DNA of 64,000 nucleotides from an uncultured Candidatus Rokubacteria bacterium (GCA_963771355.1 CAVYTA010000007.1:608001-672000); one strand, 5' to 3'; positions 38,487 to 49,433 are shown, counted from the stretch's first letter. Made by a program: numbers and translations. The notes: a model not told the origin generated them from the sequence alone.

Positions 38487-39440
38487 GTGAAGAACTACGT
38501 CGCGCAGCGCCTGGGCATCGCCGTCCTCACCCTGCTGGGGATGTCGATGGTCATCTTTGTCCTGCTTCGTCTCGCCCCCGGCGACATCGTGGACATCCTC
38601 TTCTCCACCGGGGGCTACGTGAACGCCGACGAGCGCAAGGCGATCATGAAGGAGCTGGGGATCGACAAGCCGCTCGTCACCCAGTACCTCGAGTGGCTGC
38701 GCAACTTCATGGTCGGCGACCTCGGCAAGTCCTATCGGTACGACCAGCCGGCCTGGGACATCATCCGGCCGCTCATTCCCGTGACCCTGGAGCTGGCGGC
38801 CTTATCCATCCTGGTGGCGGTCTGTCTGGGCGTGCCCACCGGGGTCATCAGCGCGGTGCGCCAGGATACCGGGCTCGACTACGCGCTCCGCGTATTCTCG
38901 CTGGCGGGGCTCAGCATGCCCGCCTTCTGGCTGGGCATGGTCATCATCCTGGCGCTCGTCTCCTGGTTGCAGTGGATCCCACCCGTCACCTACGTCGGCC
39001 CCCGGGAGAACTTCTGGCTCCACGCGGTGCAGTTCGGGCTGCCCGCCCTCGCGGTCGGCTACCGCTCGTCCGCCCTCATCATGCGCATCACCCGCTCCGC
39101 CCTCCTCGAGGTGATGCGCGAGGACTACATCCGCACCGCGTGGGCCAAGGGGCAGAGCGAATCCGTGGTGATCTGGCGCCACGCGCTGAAGAACGCGATC
39201 CTCCCCGTGGTCACCGTCATCGGCATCGAGTTCGCCTTCCTCATCGGCGGCCTGGTGGTGACCGAGAACGTGTTCAACCTGCCCGGGGTGGCGCGGTTCC
39301 TCGTGCAGGCCATCCTCTGGCGCGACTACCCGATCGTGCAGAACCTGGTCATGCTCATCGCGGTGGTGGTGATCCTCTCCAACCTCTTCGTGGACATGCT
39401 CTACGGCTTCCTCGACCCGCGGGTGCGCTATGGCAGCTAG
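38487..39440 (+). CDS. ABC permease (DppB-like)
   Basis: GDLGKS, EDYIRTAWAKG, RDYPIVQ, LDPRVR. Confidence 0.92.
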   Translation: MKNYVAQRLGIAVLTLLGMSMVIFVLLRLAPGDIVDILFSTGGYVNADERKAIMKELGIDKPLVTQYLEWLRNFMVGDLGKSYRYDQPAWDIIRPLIPVTLELAALSILVAVCLGVPTGVISAVRQDTGLDYALRVFSLAGLSMPAFWLGMVIILALVSWLQWIPPVTYVGPRENFWLHAVQFGLPALAVGYRSSALIMRITRSALLEVMREDYIRTAWAKGQSESVVIWRHALKNAILPVVTVIGIEFAFLIGGLVVTENVFNLPGVARFLVQAILWRDYPIVQNLVMLIAVVVILSNLFVDMLYGFLDPRVRYGS

Positions 39441-40335
39441 CCCAGCCACCGTCGAGCTGCCCGCGACCGCCCGGGTGGCGCCCGCGCGGCCGGGCGCACT
39501 TACCGTGCTCGGACGCTTCGTCCGGAAGAAGCCCCTGGGCGCGGCGGGCGGATTCATCATGCTCGTGATCACGGTGATCGCGATCTTCGCAAACCTGGCG
39601 GAGACCCACGATCCCATCGCCACCGACGCGGCCGGCACCCTCGGGCGTCCCTCCGCGGAGCACTGGCTCGGTGCCGACCATCTCGGCCGTGACGTCTACT
39701 CCCGGATCGTCCACGGCGCGCGGGTCTCTCTCATCGTGGGTCTCGCCTCGTCCGTGCTGGGTTCCTTCTTCGGCGGCATCATCGGGCTCTGGTCCGGCTA
39801 CATCGGCGGCAAGACGGATCTCATCACCCAGCGCGTGCTGGACATCCTCCAGGGGCTCCCCCTGCTCGTCTTGGCCATGGTGATGTCGGCGGCGCTGGGC
39901 GCGTCCCTCCACAACGTGGTCATCGCCATCTCCGTCCCGATCATCCCGCGCGCCGCGCGCGTGATCCGCTCGAGCGTGCTGTCGATCCGCGAGATGCAGT
40001 ACGTGGAGGCGGCCCGCGCGGTGGGCGTGCGCCACCTCCGCATCGCCTTCCGCCACATCCTGCCCAATACCATGGGCCCCTTCATCGTGCTCATGACCGC
40101 CCAGCTCGGCAGCGCCATCCTGGTGGAGGCCACGCTCTCGTTCCTCGGCCTGGGCGTGCCGGAGCCGTATCCCTCCTGGGGACGCATGCTCTCGGTGTCG
40201 GCGGCGGAGTACGCGCAGAAGGCCCCGCACCTCGTGATCTTCCCCGGCCTCGCCATCAGCCTCGCGGTGTTCGGCTCGAACCTGCTGGGCGACGCGCTGC
40301 GGGACACGCTCGATCCGCGCCTCCGCGGCGCGTGA
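39430..40335 (+). CDS. ABC permease (DppC-like)
   Basis: HWLGADHLGRD, YVEAARAVG, LSFLGLG, GDALRD. Confidence 0.92.
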   Translation: MAASPATVELPATARVAPARPGALTVLGRFVRKKPLGAAGGFIMLVITVIAIFANLAETHDPIATDAAGTLGRPSAEHWLGADHLGRDVYSRIVHGARVSLIVGLASSVLGSFFGGIIGLWSGYIGGKTDLITQRVLDILQGLPLLVLAMVMSAALGASLHNVVIAISVPIIPRAARVIRSSVLSIREMQYVEAARAVGVRHLRIAFRHILPNTMGPFIVLMTAQLGSAILVEATLSFLGLGVPEPYPSWGRMLSVSAAEYAQKAPHLVIFPGLAISLAVFGSNLLGDALRDTLDPRLRGA

Positions 40336-40358
40336 GCGACAACACAGAAAGGACGCCC

Positions 40359-41774
40359 ATGCCCCTCGACGAGCTGTGCTGGATGTCCGCCGCCCGCCTG
40401 GTGGCGGCGATCAAGCGAAAGAAGGTGTCCCCGGTCGAGGTGATGCGCGCGGTGCTCGACCGCATCGAGCGCGTCAACCCGCGTCTCAACGCGTTCGTGA
40501 CCCTCACCGCGGACCAGGCGCTGCGGGACGCGCGCGCGGCGGAGCGGGCGGTGGGGAAGCGGGGCGCGAAGCTCGGGACGCTCCACGGGGTGCCGTTCTC
40601 CACCAAGGACCTCGTGATCACCAAGGGAATCCGCACCACCTTCGGGACCCGACTCTACGCCGACAACGTGCCTACCGAGGACGCGCCCATGGTGGCGCGG
40701 ATGAAGGCGGCGGGCGCCATCCAGCTCGGCAAGACGAACACGCCGACCTTCGGCTGGATCGGGGCCACCCACAACCTCGTCTTCGGGATCACGCGGAACC
40801 CGTGGCATCCGGACCGCACGCCGGGCGGGTCCAGCGGGGGCGCCAGCGCGGCGGTGGCGGCGGGGCTCGGGCCCGTCGCCATCGGGACCGACGGCGGCGG
40901 CTCCATCCGCATCCCCGCCGCCTTCACCGGCATCTTCGGCCACAAGCCGTCCTACGGGCGCATCCCGCTCTATCCGCAGAGCGGGGCGTGGAGCCTCTCG
41001 CACATCGGGCCCATGACGCGCACGGTGGAGGACGCCGCCCTCATGCTGAACGCGTGCGCGGGCCCCGACGAGCGCGACCAGTTCTCGCTGCCCGCCACCG
41101 GCACCGACTACGTCAAGGCCTTGCGCGGGACCCTCAAGGGCCTGCGGGTGGCGTGGACCGCCGATCTCGGCAACGCGCGGGTGGTGGACCCGGAGGTGGA
41201 AGTGGCCTGTGCGAAGGCGGCCAAGCGCTTCCGCGAGCTCGGCGCGCGCGTGGACGAGGTGCGCCCCGGCTGGCCCTCGCCCAAGGAGGCGTGGGAGGCC
41301 ATCTTCTGCGGCGGCATCGCCACGCGGATGGCGCCCTACCTGGCCGAGCGGCGCGCCGACATCGATCCGGGCCTCCTGCCCATCATCGAGCGCACGCTCA
41401 AGTGGCCGCCCACCCGCTACGTGCAGGCGTGGTTCGACCGGCTCGCGTGGTACGACCACGTGCGGAAGCTCTTCGAGACCTACGACCTCCTGCTCACCCC
41501 CACCACCGCCACGCCGCCGTTCAAGGTGGGGCTGGACAATCCCCCCGACATCGCGGGACGGCCGGTGGAGCCCTACGACTGGATCCCGTACACCTATCCC
41601 TTCAACCTGACCGGCCACCCCGCCGCCTCGGTGCCGTGCGGCTTCACCAAGGACGGGCTGCCCGTCGGCTTGCAGATCGTGGGCCGGCGTTACGACGACG
41701 TCAGCGTGCTCCGCGCCGCCGCCGGCTACGAGAGGATCGCCCCCTGGGCCGACCAGAAGCCGCCGCTGGACTGA
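40359..41774 (+). CDS. Amidase-signature family enzyme
   Basis: KD, GGSSGG, GTDGGGSIRIPA. Confidence 0.92.
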   Translation: MPLDELCWMSAARLVAAIKRKKVSPVEVMRAVLDRIERVNPRLNAFVTLTADQALRDARAAERAVGKRGAKLGTLHGVPFSTKDLVITKGIRTTFGTRLYADNVPTEDAPMVARMKAAGAIQLGKTNTPTFGWIGATHNLVFGITRNPWHPDRTPGGSSGGASAAVAAGLGPVAIGTDGGGSIRIPAAFTGIFGHKPSYGRIPLYPQSGAWSLSHIGPMTRTVEDAALMLNACAGPDERDQFSLPATGTDYVKALRGTLKGLRVAWTADLGNARVVDPEVEVACAKAAKRFRELGARVDEVRPGWPSPKEAWEAIFCGGIATRMAPYLAERRADIDPGLLPIIERTLKWPPTRYVQAWFDRLAWYDHVRKLFETYDLLLTPTTATPPFKVGLDNPPDIAGRPVEPYDWIPYTYPFNLTGHPAASVPCGFTKDGLPVGLQIVGRRYDDVSVLRAAAGYERIAPWADQKPPLD

Positions 41775-41790
41775 GGCGGAGGGAGACGGC

Positions 41791-42684
41791 ATGAAGATCG
41801 ACGACGTGAAGCGAATCCTCGTGGTGGGTGCGGGGCAGATGGGCGCGCAGATCGCCATGCAGTCCGCGCTGCACGGCTACGCCATCACGCTGAACGACTT
41901 GACCATGGACGTGCTCCAGAAGGGCATGGGGGGCAACCGGAAGCAGCTCGAGCGGCGCGTGCAGAAAGGCCAGATGACGAAGGACCAGATGGAAGAGGCC
42001 CTCGCCCGGGTGCGGCTGGAGGCGGACCTCGAGAAGGCCGCCCGCGACGCCGACTTCGTCATCGAGGCCATCGTGGAGCGGCTCGAGCCGAAGAAGGAAT
42101 GCTTCGCCAAGCTGGACCGCTTCTGTCCCCCGCACGCCATCCTGGCCACGAACTCGTCCACGCTGATGAACTCGCAGATCGCGCCCTCCACCAAGCGCCC
42201 CGACAAGTGCGTCAACATGCACTACTTCTTCCCGCCGCTGGTGATGAAGCTGGTGGAGGTGGTGAAGGGGCAGGCCACCAGCGAGGAGACGGTGGAGATC
42301 ACCGCGGAGGTGGCCCGCCGCAGCGGTCGGGAGCCCGTGATTCTCCGCAAAGAGCTGCCGGGCTTTCTCGTGAACCGCATCCTGCGCGCGCTGGTGCGCG
42401 AAGCCTATTACTGCCTCGAGCAGGGCGTGGCCAGTCACGCCGACATCGACAAGGCGGTGGAGCTGGGGCTCAACCACCCCCTGGGTCCATTCCGTCTGGG
42501 CGATCTTTCCGGGCTCGACATCGGCTACAACGCGCGCCTCGAGACCTTCGAGGTCACCAAGGATCCCAACGATCGCCCGCCCCGCGAGCTGGAGAAGCGC
42601 GTGAAGCGCGGCGATCTCGGCCGCAAGACCGGGCGCGGCTTCTACGACTACTCGACGGATCCGCCCAAGCCGATCCTGGACTGA
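41791..42684 (+). CDS. 3-hydroxyacyl-CoA dehydrogenase family
   Basis: GAGQMG, ATNSS, PGFLVNR, GRKTGRGFY. Confidence 0.92.
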   Translation: MKIDDVKRILVVGAGQMGAQIAMQSALHGYAITLNDLTMDVLQKGMGGNRKQLERRVQKGQMTKDQMEEALARVRLEADLEKAARDADFVIEAIVERLEPKKECFAKLDRFCPPHAILATNSSTLMNSQIAPSTKRPDKCVNMHYFFPPLVMKLVEVVKGQATSEETVEITAEVARRSGREPVILRKELPGFLVNRILRALVREAYYCLEQGVASHADIDKAVELGLNHPLGPFRLGDLSGLDIGYNARLETFEVTKDPNDRPPRELEKRVKRGDLGRKTGRGFYDYSTDPPKPILD

Positions 42685-42759
42685 TACGCGTATCGGTTCC
42701 GGCGCGTCTCCCGCGCGGGACATTGACGCACCCGTCCCCGGCCGCCGACGCTCGGGGCC

Positions 42760-43335
42760 ATGGTGGGCCCGGTTTCCGGCGAGGGCGGCACTTCCCTGAT
42801 CGAGCTGCTGGTAGCCATGGCCATGGCCGGCCTCGTCATGGCCGCTACGGTGACGCTTCTCCTCGCCGGCCAGGCCGCCTACACCGTGGGCACCGCGCGC
42901 GCCGAGGCCACGCAGTCCGCCCGGGTGGCGCTGGAGCGCATGGGCAGCGAGCTGCGCCAGGCGGGCTACGATCCCCAGGGCACGCGCTTCGAGCCCATCC
43001 TGGTGGCCGAGCCCGCGCGCATCACGCTGCAGCGTGACCTCAACGAGAACGGCGTCATCGACCTCACCCGGGAGCGGATCACCTATCTCCTGCGCGGGAC
43101 CGTGCTCCGGCGGGAGGCGGGCGGGGGAGCCCAGCCCCTCGCCGAGGGCGTGTCGGGACTCTGGCTGACCTACTACGATCGCGCCGACGTGCCCACGACG
43201 GACCCCGCCCGCGTGGCCTCGGTGGGCATTCGCGTCGAGGTGTCACGCGGGATCGCGTTTCCCCTGGCCCCGACCGTGATGGAGACGCGGGTGCGCTTCC
43301 GTAACGAAAAGCGCCCGGCGCCGCCGCCCTCCTGA
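42760..43335 (+). CDS. Prepilin-type (PilW/PulJ-like) protein
   Basis: G|TSLIELLVAMAMAGLV class III signal. Confidence 0.75.
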   Translation: MVGPVSGEGGTSLIELLVAMAMAGLVMAATVTLLLAGQAAYTVGTARAEATQSARVALERMGSELRQAGYDPQGTRFEPILVAEPARITLQRDLNENGVIDLTRERITYLLRGTVLRREAGGGAQPLAEGVSGLWLTYYDRADVPTTDPARVASVGIRVEVSRGIAFPLAPTVMETRVRFRNEKRPAPPPS

Positions 43336-43385
43336 GCGGCCGTCGTATTGACTGCCGCCGGTGGCTTGGCTACGGTTGAGGTGTC

Positions 43386-44351
43386 TTGGGTCCCACCGTC
43401 CGAACCTGTTTGTCGTGGCTCGTCTTCCTGCTGCTCGTCGCGGGCTGCGCCGGCCCCACCACCACCGCCAAGGAGCCCGTGCCCCCCGCGGCCCCGCCCG
43501 CCGCCCCGCCGACGGCGCCGAAAGAGGGCGCGAAGGCACGGCTCTCGGTCCTCCGCATGGACGTGACGGCCACCACGGCACCCGCCGCCATGGGCACCGG
43601 GCTCGCCGACATGCTGGCGGCCGCGCTGGCCCAGTCCAATCGCTTCGCGATCACGTCGCGCGACGCGGACCTGATCGTCGTCGGCGTCGTCACCGAGTTC
43701 GCTCCGGCCGGTCGGGCGCCGGGCCAGCCGGCCCAGGTCACCATCGAGATGGGCTTGCTCGACGCGAAGACCTCCCAGGTCTTCGCCTCGGGCACGGTAC
43801 GCGGGAGCGCCGGTGACACCGCGGGCCTCGACCCTGGACGCCAGCCCCCCCTCGGCGCCGCGCTTGCCCCACATGCGGGGACCCCGCTGGAGAAGGCCAT
43901 CCGTGCCGCCATCCAGAATGCCGCGCAGCTCGTCATGACCGGCACTCCGGTCGCGTACTACCGTCACGCGGAGACGGCCGCCCGGCCTGCGTCGCCGGCG
44001 GAGCCCGCCGGGCCGCGGCCACCCACCGCCGCTCCGCCGGCCGAGCCCGCGCGCCCGTCGCCGGCCCCGCGCCCCGCGCCGGCGCCTGCACCCGGCTCGG
44101 CGGCCACGCCGCCACCCGCGTCGGCGGCTACGCCGCCAGTGGTTGCCCGCGTACTGGGAACCCGGTATGCGAAGGCGCCAACGGCCAACCTGCGTGACGC
44201 CGCCGGCACCATGGGCAGGGTGCTGGTGGTCATTCGTCAGGGCACCAAGCTCGAAGTGCTCGAGACCAAGGCCGGCTGGCATCGCGTGCGGCTGCCCGAC
44301 GGCAAGGAAGGCTGGATCGCCGACTCGGTGACCTCCGCGACGCCACCCTGA
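43386..44351 (+). CDS. Lipoprotein: CsgG-like domain, Pro-rich linker, C-terminal SH3b-like domain
   Basis: VAGC lipobox; GLADMLAAALAQSNRF; TPLEKAIR; ANLR..GWHRVRLPDGKEGWI. Confidence 0.68.
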   Translation: MGPTVRTCLSWLVFLLLVAGCAGPTTTAKEPVPPAAPPAAPPTAPKEGAKARLSVLRMDVTATTAPAAMGTGLADMLAAALAQSNRFAITSRDADLIVVGVVTEFAPAGRAPGQPAQVTIEMGLLDAKTSQVFASGTVRGSAGDTAGLDPGRQPPLGAALAPHAGTPLEKAIRAAIQNAAQLVMTGTPVAYYRHAETAARPASPAEPAGPRPPTAAPPAEPARPSPAPRPAPAPAPGSAATPPPASAATPPVVARVLGTRYAKAPTANLRDAAGTMGRVLVVIRQGTKLEVLETKAGWHRVRLPDGKEGWIADSVTSATPP

Positions 44352-44379
44352 CGCACATCCGGTCTGCTAGAATCCGCCC

Positions 44380-45159
44380 ATGCGCGCCCGAGGTGCCCTT
44401 CATTCTCGGTGGCTGACGGTGTTTCTCCTCGTGGGCCTCGTGGCCGCCTGCGAGACGGTGCCCATCACGGGGCGCTCCCAGCTGAATCTCCTGTCCGAGC
44501 CGGACGAGGTGCAGCTAGGGGTCCAGGCCTTCAAGGAGGTCACGGACAAGGCCAAGATCTCCTCGAATCCCGTCCAGAACGCCCAGGTGACCCGGGTCGC
44601 CCAGCGCATCATCGCCGCCGTGGAAAAGCCGAGCCTGCCCTGGGAAGTGAAGGTGATCGAGGACAACCAGGCCAACGCCTTCGCGCTGCCGGGGGGAAAG
44701 ATCGCCGTCTACACCGGCATTCTCCCCATCACCCGGGACGACGCCGGGCTCGCGGCGGTGATCGGCCACGAGGTGGGGCACGTGATCGCGCGGCACAGCG
44801 CGGAGCGGGTGAGCCAGCAGATGGTGGCGCAGGGTCTCGGGGGCGCCCTCGTGAGCGGCGTGCTCGGGACGGATCCGCAGACCAGCGCGCAGGTGGCCGG
44901 CCTCTTCGCGCAGGGCATCCTCCTTCCCTGGGGCCGCAAGCAGGAGTCCGAGGCGGATCACATCGGCCTCATCCTGATGGCCAAGGCGGGCTATGACCCG
45001 CGGGCCGCGCGCGACCTCTGGGTGCGCATGGGCGAGGCCTCGAAAGGACGATCCCGCCCTCCGGAATTCCTCTCCACTCACCCCTCCGAGGAGACCCGGA
45101 TCACGCAGATCGAGGGGTGGCTGCCCGAAGCCCTCAAGTACTACCGGCCCACCAATTAA
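44380..45159 (+). CDS. M48-family metallopeptidase lipoprotein
   Basis: VAAC; NAFALPGG, GHEVGH, ESEAD, FLSTHP; extended -10 TGCTAGAAT at 44365-73. Confidence 0.9.
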   Translation: MRARGALHSRWLTVFLLVGLVAACETVPITGRSQLNLLSEPDEVQLGVQAFKEVTDKAKISSNPVQNAQVTRVAQRIIAAVEKPSLPWEVKVIEDNQANAFALPGGKIAVYTGILPITRDDAGLAAVIGHEVGHVIARHSAERVSQQMVAQGLGGALVSGVLGTDPQTSAQVAGLFAQGILLPWGRKQESEADHIGLILMAKAGYDPRAARDLWVRMGEASKGRSRPPEFLSTHPSEETRITQIEGWLPEALKYYRPTN

Positions 45160-45449
45160 ACGCGGGCGGTGCGAGCCGAGCGGCTTACCGACGGCCGATG
45201 AGGCCATCCGAAGCCCGGCGCTGACGCGCTCCGCCCAGGCTATCGTATCGACCGCGCATCCTCCAAAGTTTATCGGGGGCGGCGGGCGCGCCCCGGCTCC
45301 GCCGGTGGTGGGTCGAGCTCCGGCCACCCCCGCTCGGGAGCCGCCTTCGGTGCCTAATTACCCTATCGGCGGGGTTACCCAAATTCGTGGAACCCAACCT
45401 GTCGCCCTGATGACACAGACAATTTCTCTTTTAAATCCTTAGTTTTTCC

Positions 45450-45514
45450 TTGACACCCTCCCGGCCAAACCGTAGGATGCCCCCTCAAGTGGGGCAAATT
45501 CCCATGAAGTGGAG
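45450..45514 (+). promoter_or_regulatory. dcw promoter with MraZ-type boxes
   Basis: TTGACA-N17-TAGGAT (45450-78); AAGTGG repeats at 45487 and 45507 (20-bp spacing). Confidence 0.75.
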
Positions 45515-45559
45515 TCAGTGCCCAATTGGAAGGCGTTGGGGCCTTGGCCGGGAGAACGA

Positions 45560-45997
45560 GTGTTTCGCGGACATTTCAGGCACACGATCGACCCGAAAGG
45601 GCGTCTCAGCATCCCCGCGAAGTTTCGCGAGGCGCTGGACGGCGATCTCGGGGACAAGCTCGTGATCGTGCCCATCGAACATTCCCTCGAGGTGCATCCC
45701 CTTTCCGCGTGGCGCGAGATCGAGGAGAAGGTCGCCGCGCTCCCGAAGTTCGACGAGGACGCGCGCAAGCTGAAGTACGCCTATACCTCGCGCGCCCACG
45801 ACGTGATGCTCGACGCGCAGGGTCGCATCCAGCTCTCGCCCGACTACCGCGAGCGCGCGGGCCTCGACAAGGACGTGCTCGTGATCGGAATGCTCGAGCA
45901 CTTCGAGGTGTGGAACCCCGAGCGCTGGAAGCTTTTCGGCGAGCAGCGCGAGGCGCTCGGCGACCTCTTCACGCGCGTGGCGCAGAAGGGCGTGTGA
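45560..45997 (+). CDS. mraZ: Division/cell wall cluster repressor MraZ
   Basis: FRGHFRHTIDPKGRLSIPAKFR, DAQGRI. Confidence 0.93.
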   Translation: MFRGHFRHTIDPKGRLSIPAKFREALDGDLGDKLVIVPIEHSLEVHPLSAWREIEEKVAALPKFDEDARKLKYAYTSRAHDVMLDAQGRIQLSPDYRERAGLDKDVLVIGMLEHFEVWNPERWKLFGEQREALGDLFTRVAQKGV

Positions 45998-46002
45998 GCG
46001 CG

Positions 46003-46905
46003 ATGGAGCCCACCACTGTCCACGTGCCGGTTCTCGTCGACGAGGTGACCCATCTCCTGCGCGCGCGCCGAGCGGGCTGGATGGTGGACGGCACCGTGGG
46101 GCTGGGCGGGCACGCGGAGCGGCTGCTGGACGCGAGCGCGCCGGGCGCGCGCCTCCTCGGCCTCGACGGCGACGCGGACGCGGTCGCCCAGGCGGGCACA
46201 CGGCTCGCGCGCTTCGGCGAGCGCGCAGTGCTGCGCCATGGCAGCTTCCGCCGTCTCGCCTCGCACGCCGCCGGCGCCGGGATAACGGAGGCGGAGTCCG
46301 TGCTGCTCGATCTCGGGTTGTCCTCGTATCAGCTGGAGGCGTCGCGGCGCGGCTTCACCTTCCAGGGTGACGAGCCGCTCGACATGCGCTTCGACGCCAC
46401 CCAGGGCCCGACGGCAGCGGAGCTGGTGAATACGCTGCCGGAGGCGGAGCTGGCGCGCATCCTGTTCGAGCACGGCGAGGAGCCGCACGCGCGGCGCATC
46501 GCCCGGCGCATCGTGGAGGCGCGGGCCTCCGCCCCGCTCCGCACCACCGGCGAGCTCGTGGCCGCGGTGAAGCGCGGGGTGCCGCGCGCGGCGTGGTCGC
46601 GTCGCACCCATGTCGCCACCCGCACCTTTCAGGCCCTGCGCATGGCCGTCAACGACGAGGTCGAGGCCCTGCGGGATGCGCTCCCGCAGGCCGCCGCTCT
46701 GCTCGGCCGGGGAGGCCGTCTGGGCGTGATCTCATTCCACTCGGGGGAAGACCGCATCGTGAAGCGAACGTTCCGCACGCTCGAGACGGACGGCTTCGGC
46801 GAGTTGCAGCCGTCGCCGGTAGTGCCGCTGCGCGAGGAGACGGTGATGAACCCGCGGGCCCGCAGCGCGAAGCTGCGCGTGCTCCAGCGGCTGGAGGCGG
46901 CATGA
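46003..46905 (+). CDS. rsmH: 16S rRNA m4C1402 methyltransferase
   Basis: HVPVL, DGTVGLGGH, DLGLSS, ISFHSGED, NPRARSAKLR. Confidence 0.95.
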   Translation: MEPTTVHVPVLVDEVTHLLRARRAGWMVDGTVGLGGHAERLLDASAPGARLLGLDGDADAVAQAGTRLARFGERAVLRHGSFRRLASHAAGAGITEAESVLLDLGLSSYQLEASRRGFTFQGDEPLDMRFDATQGPTAAELVNTLPEAELARILFEHGEEPHARRIARRIVEARASAPLRTTGELVAAVKRGVPRAAWSRRTHVATRTFQALRMAVNDEVEALRDALPQAAALLGRGGRLGVISFHSGEDRIVKRTFRTLETDGFGELQPSPVVPLREETVMNPRARSAKLRVLQRLEAA

Positions 46906-47381
46906 GCACGGTGGCGGCGCGCGCGGCGACGACGCGGCCGGGCCGGCTCCTGGCTACCTCGCTCGGCCGCGCGGGCCAGGAGGGGGCGGCGCGGTTCCAT
47001 CGCGAGCGCGACCGCGGGCGCCTGCGCGCGATGGGCGTGGCGGTGGCGCTGGGGGCGGTGCTGATGACGGGGTTTCTCGGCGTGGTGGGGCTCCGGGCGC
47101 AACAGGTGCGCCTGTCTTACAAGATGGATGGTCTACGCACGGCGCGCGCGGAGGCGGAGGAGCTGAACCGGCGGATGAAGGTGGAGCTGGCCACCCTCCG
47201 CTCGCTCGCCCGCATCGAGGACAAGGCGCGGCACGAGCTCGGCATGGTGGCGCCGGGGCGGGACCAGGTGCAGCTCGCGCGCGAGTTCGTGGCCGGCGGC
47301 GGCAGCGTGAGCCGCGCGGTGCCTCCGCGCACCGCGGCGGCCGACCGTGGAAGCACGGGAGAGCGGACGCTGCGGCGATGA
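46902..47381 (+). CDS. ftsL: Cell division protein FtsL
   Basis: TM + coiled coil, RIEDKARHELGM; synteny. Confidence 0.8.
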   Translation: MSTVAARAATTRPGRLLATSLGRAGQEGAARFHRERDRGRLRAMGVAVALGAVLMTGFLGVVGLRAQQVRLSYKMDGLRTARAEAEELNRRMKVELATLRSLARIEDKARHELGMVAPGRDQVQLAREFVAGGGSVSRAVPPRTAAADRGSTGERTLRR

Positions 47382-47415
47382 TCCCCTCGCATCCCGACCG
47401 ACCCCTCCCGCGGCC

Positions 47416-49433
47416 ATGAGATCGGCCCGGACGGGCAGCCTGAGGACCCGGACTCTCATCGTCGCCGGCATCTTCGCCGTCGGCTTCCTCGGGCTGCTCG
47501 GTCGGCTCGGCTACCTTCAGGTGCTCAAGCACGACGAGTACCTCCGTCTCGCGGAGAGCCAGCACGGCAAGGCGGTCGCCCTCCGCCCCAAGCGCGGTCC
47601 CATCCTCGACCGTCACGGGCAGGTGCTGGCGGTGTCGTCCGGCGCGGAGACTCTCTACGCCCTGCCCCATCGGATCGACGACGCGGGGCGGCTGGCCCGC
47701 CGCCTGGCGCCGCTCCTCGGCGAGCCCAGCGCGGAGGTTGCCCGGCGCTTGGACTCCGCCAAGCGCGTCGTGTTCGTGAAGCGCCGCCTGCCGCCCCCGA
47801 CGGCGCAGGCGGTGCGCGATCTCAAGGAGCCCGCGCTCGGTTTCCTGGAAGAGAGCCTGCGGCTCTACCCGAATCGCGAGCTCGCCGCCCACGTGGTGGG
47901 CTTCGAGGGCGCGGAGGGCAAGGGGCTGGGCGGCATCGAGCAGGCGTGGGACGCCCACCTGGCGGGGCAGGAGGGCCGCGCCCTCGTGGAGCGCGACGCG
48001 CTGGGCCGCGAGGTCACCGGCGCCCCGGTGGTGCTCAAGGTGCCCCATCCCGGGCAGGGCGTCATGCTCACGCTGGACGCCACCCTCCAGTACATCGCGG
48101 AGAAAGAGATCGACGCCGCGTGGCGCCGCACGCGCGCCCGCGCCGCCATGGCGGTGGCACTGGATCCGCGCACCGGCGACGTGCTCGCGATCGCCATCCG
48201 GCCCACCTTCAATCCCAACGCCTTCAGCCTGGCCAGCGACGACGAGCGGCGCAACCGCGCGGTGACCGATCCGTTCGAGCCGGGCTCGACGTTCAAGGTG
48301 ATCCTCGCCGCCGCCGCCCTCGAGGAGGGCGTGGTGCGTCCCGGCGATCGCCTCTACGGCGAGAACGGCGCCATCACCATCGCCCGCACCACCATCCACG
48401 ACTGGAAGAAGTATGGCTGGCTCACCTTCTCCGAGGTACTCCAGAACTCCTCCAACGTGGGGTCCATCAAGGTGGGCCTCTTGCTGGGCAAGGAGCGCTA
48501 CTACAAGCACATGACCGGCTTCGGCTTCGGCACCCCCACCGGGCTGGGGCTGCCCGGCGAGAGCCGCGGCCAGCTCCGCGCGCCGGACCGCTGGTCCGGC
48601 CTCTCGCTCGCCACCATGTCCATCGGGCAGGAGATCTCGGTGACCGCGCTGCAGATCGTGTCCGCCTTCGGGGCGGTGGCCCATGGCGGGCGGCTCATGC
48701 AGCCGCGGATCGTTCGCGCGCTGCTGGACGGAAACGGGCGCGAGGTGCAGCGCTTCGAGCCCAAGGTGGTCCGTCAGGTGATCTCGCCCGAGACCGCGCG
48801 CACGCTCACCGGCATGATGACCCGCGTGGTGTCGGACGGTACCGGCCACAACGCCGCCATCGCGGGCTTCGAGGTGGCGGGCAAGACGGGCACCGCGCAG
48901 AAGCTCGACCCCGTCACGCGGCGCTACTCGCGCGCGCCCGGCGTGCTGTCCTTCGTGGGCTTCGCGCCCGCCGACGATCCGCGCATCGCAATGCTGGTCA
49001 TGCTCGACGAGCCGAAGAACGAGCAGTGGGGCAGCGAGGCCGCCGCGCCCATTTTCGCCGCCATCGGCCGCGAGGCGCTCCGGTACCTGCACGCGCCGCC
49101 GAAGGACACCGCGCCCGTCCAGATCGTGCGCCCCGAGCCCGGTCCCGCGCCCGCCGAGGCGACCGCGGGGGTGCGCGAGCGCGTGCGCACGGTCATCGCG
49201 ACGGTGACGCCCGGCGTGGCGGAGGCGGGGGAGCGCGAACCGGGCCCGGCCGTGATGCCCGCCATGGTGGGGCTCTCGCTACGCGAGGCGATGGAGACGC
49301 TCGCGCCGCTCGAGGTGCGCCTGGAAGTGGCCGGGCGCGGCGTGGTGACCGGCCAGGCCCCCGCCGCGGGCGCGCCGCTCCCCCCGGCGCGCTCGCGCGC
49401 CTCACCCTCCATCCGCCCAGCGCGAGGCGATGA
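47416..49433 (+). CDS. ftsI: Class B PBP FtsI with PASTA domain; -1 frameshift at about 49385
   Basis: RGPILDR, EPGSTFK, SSNVG, KTGT; tail PPGALARLTLHP in the next frame. Confidence 0.9.

Noticed and set aside
40359..41774. gatA
   Set aside because: No gatB/gatC nearby; context fits a catabolic amidase.
45160..45445. Long intergenic region before mraZ as rnpB or another ncRNA
   Set aside because: No GAGGAAAGUCC RNase P motif or other recognisable family signature; GC hairpins are expected by chance at this GC content.
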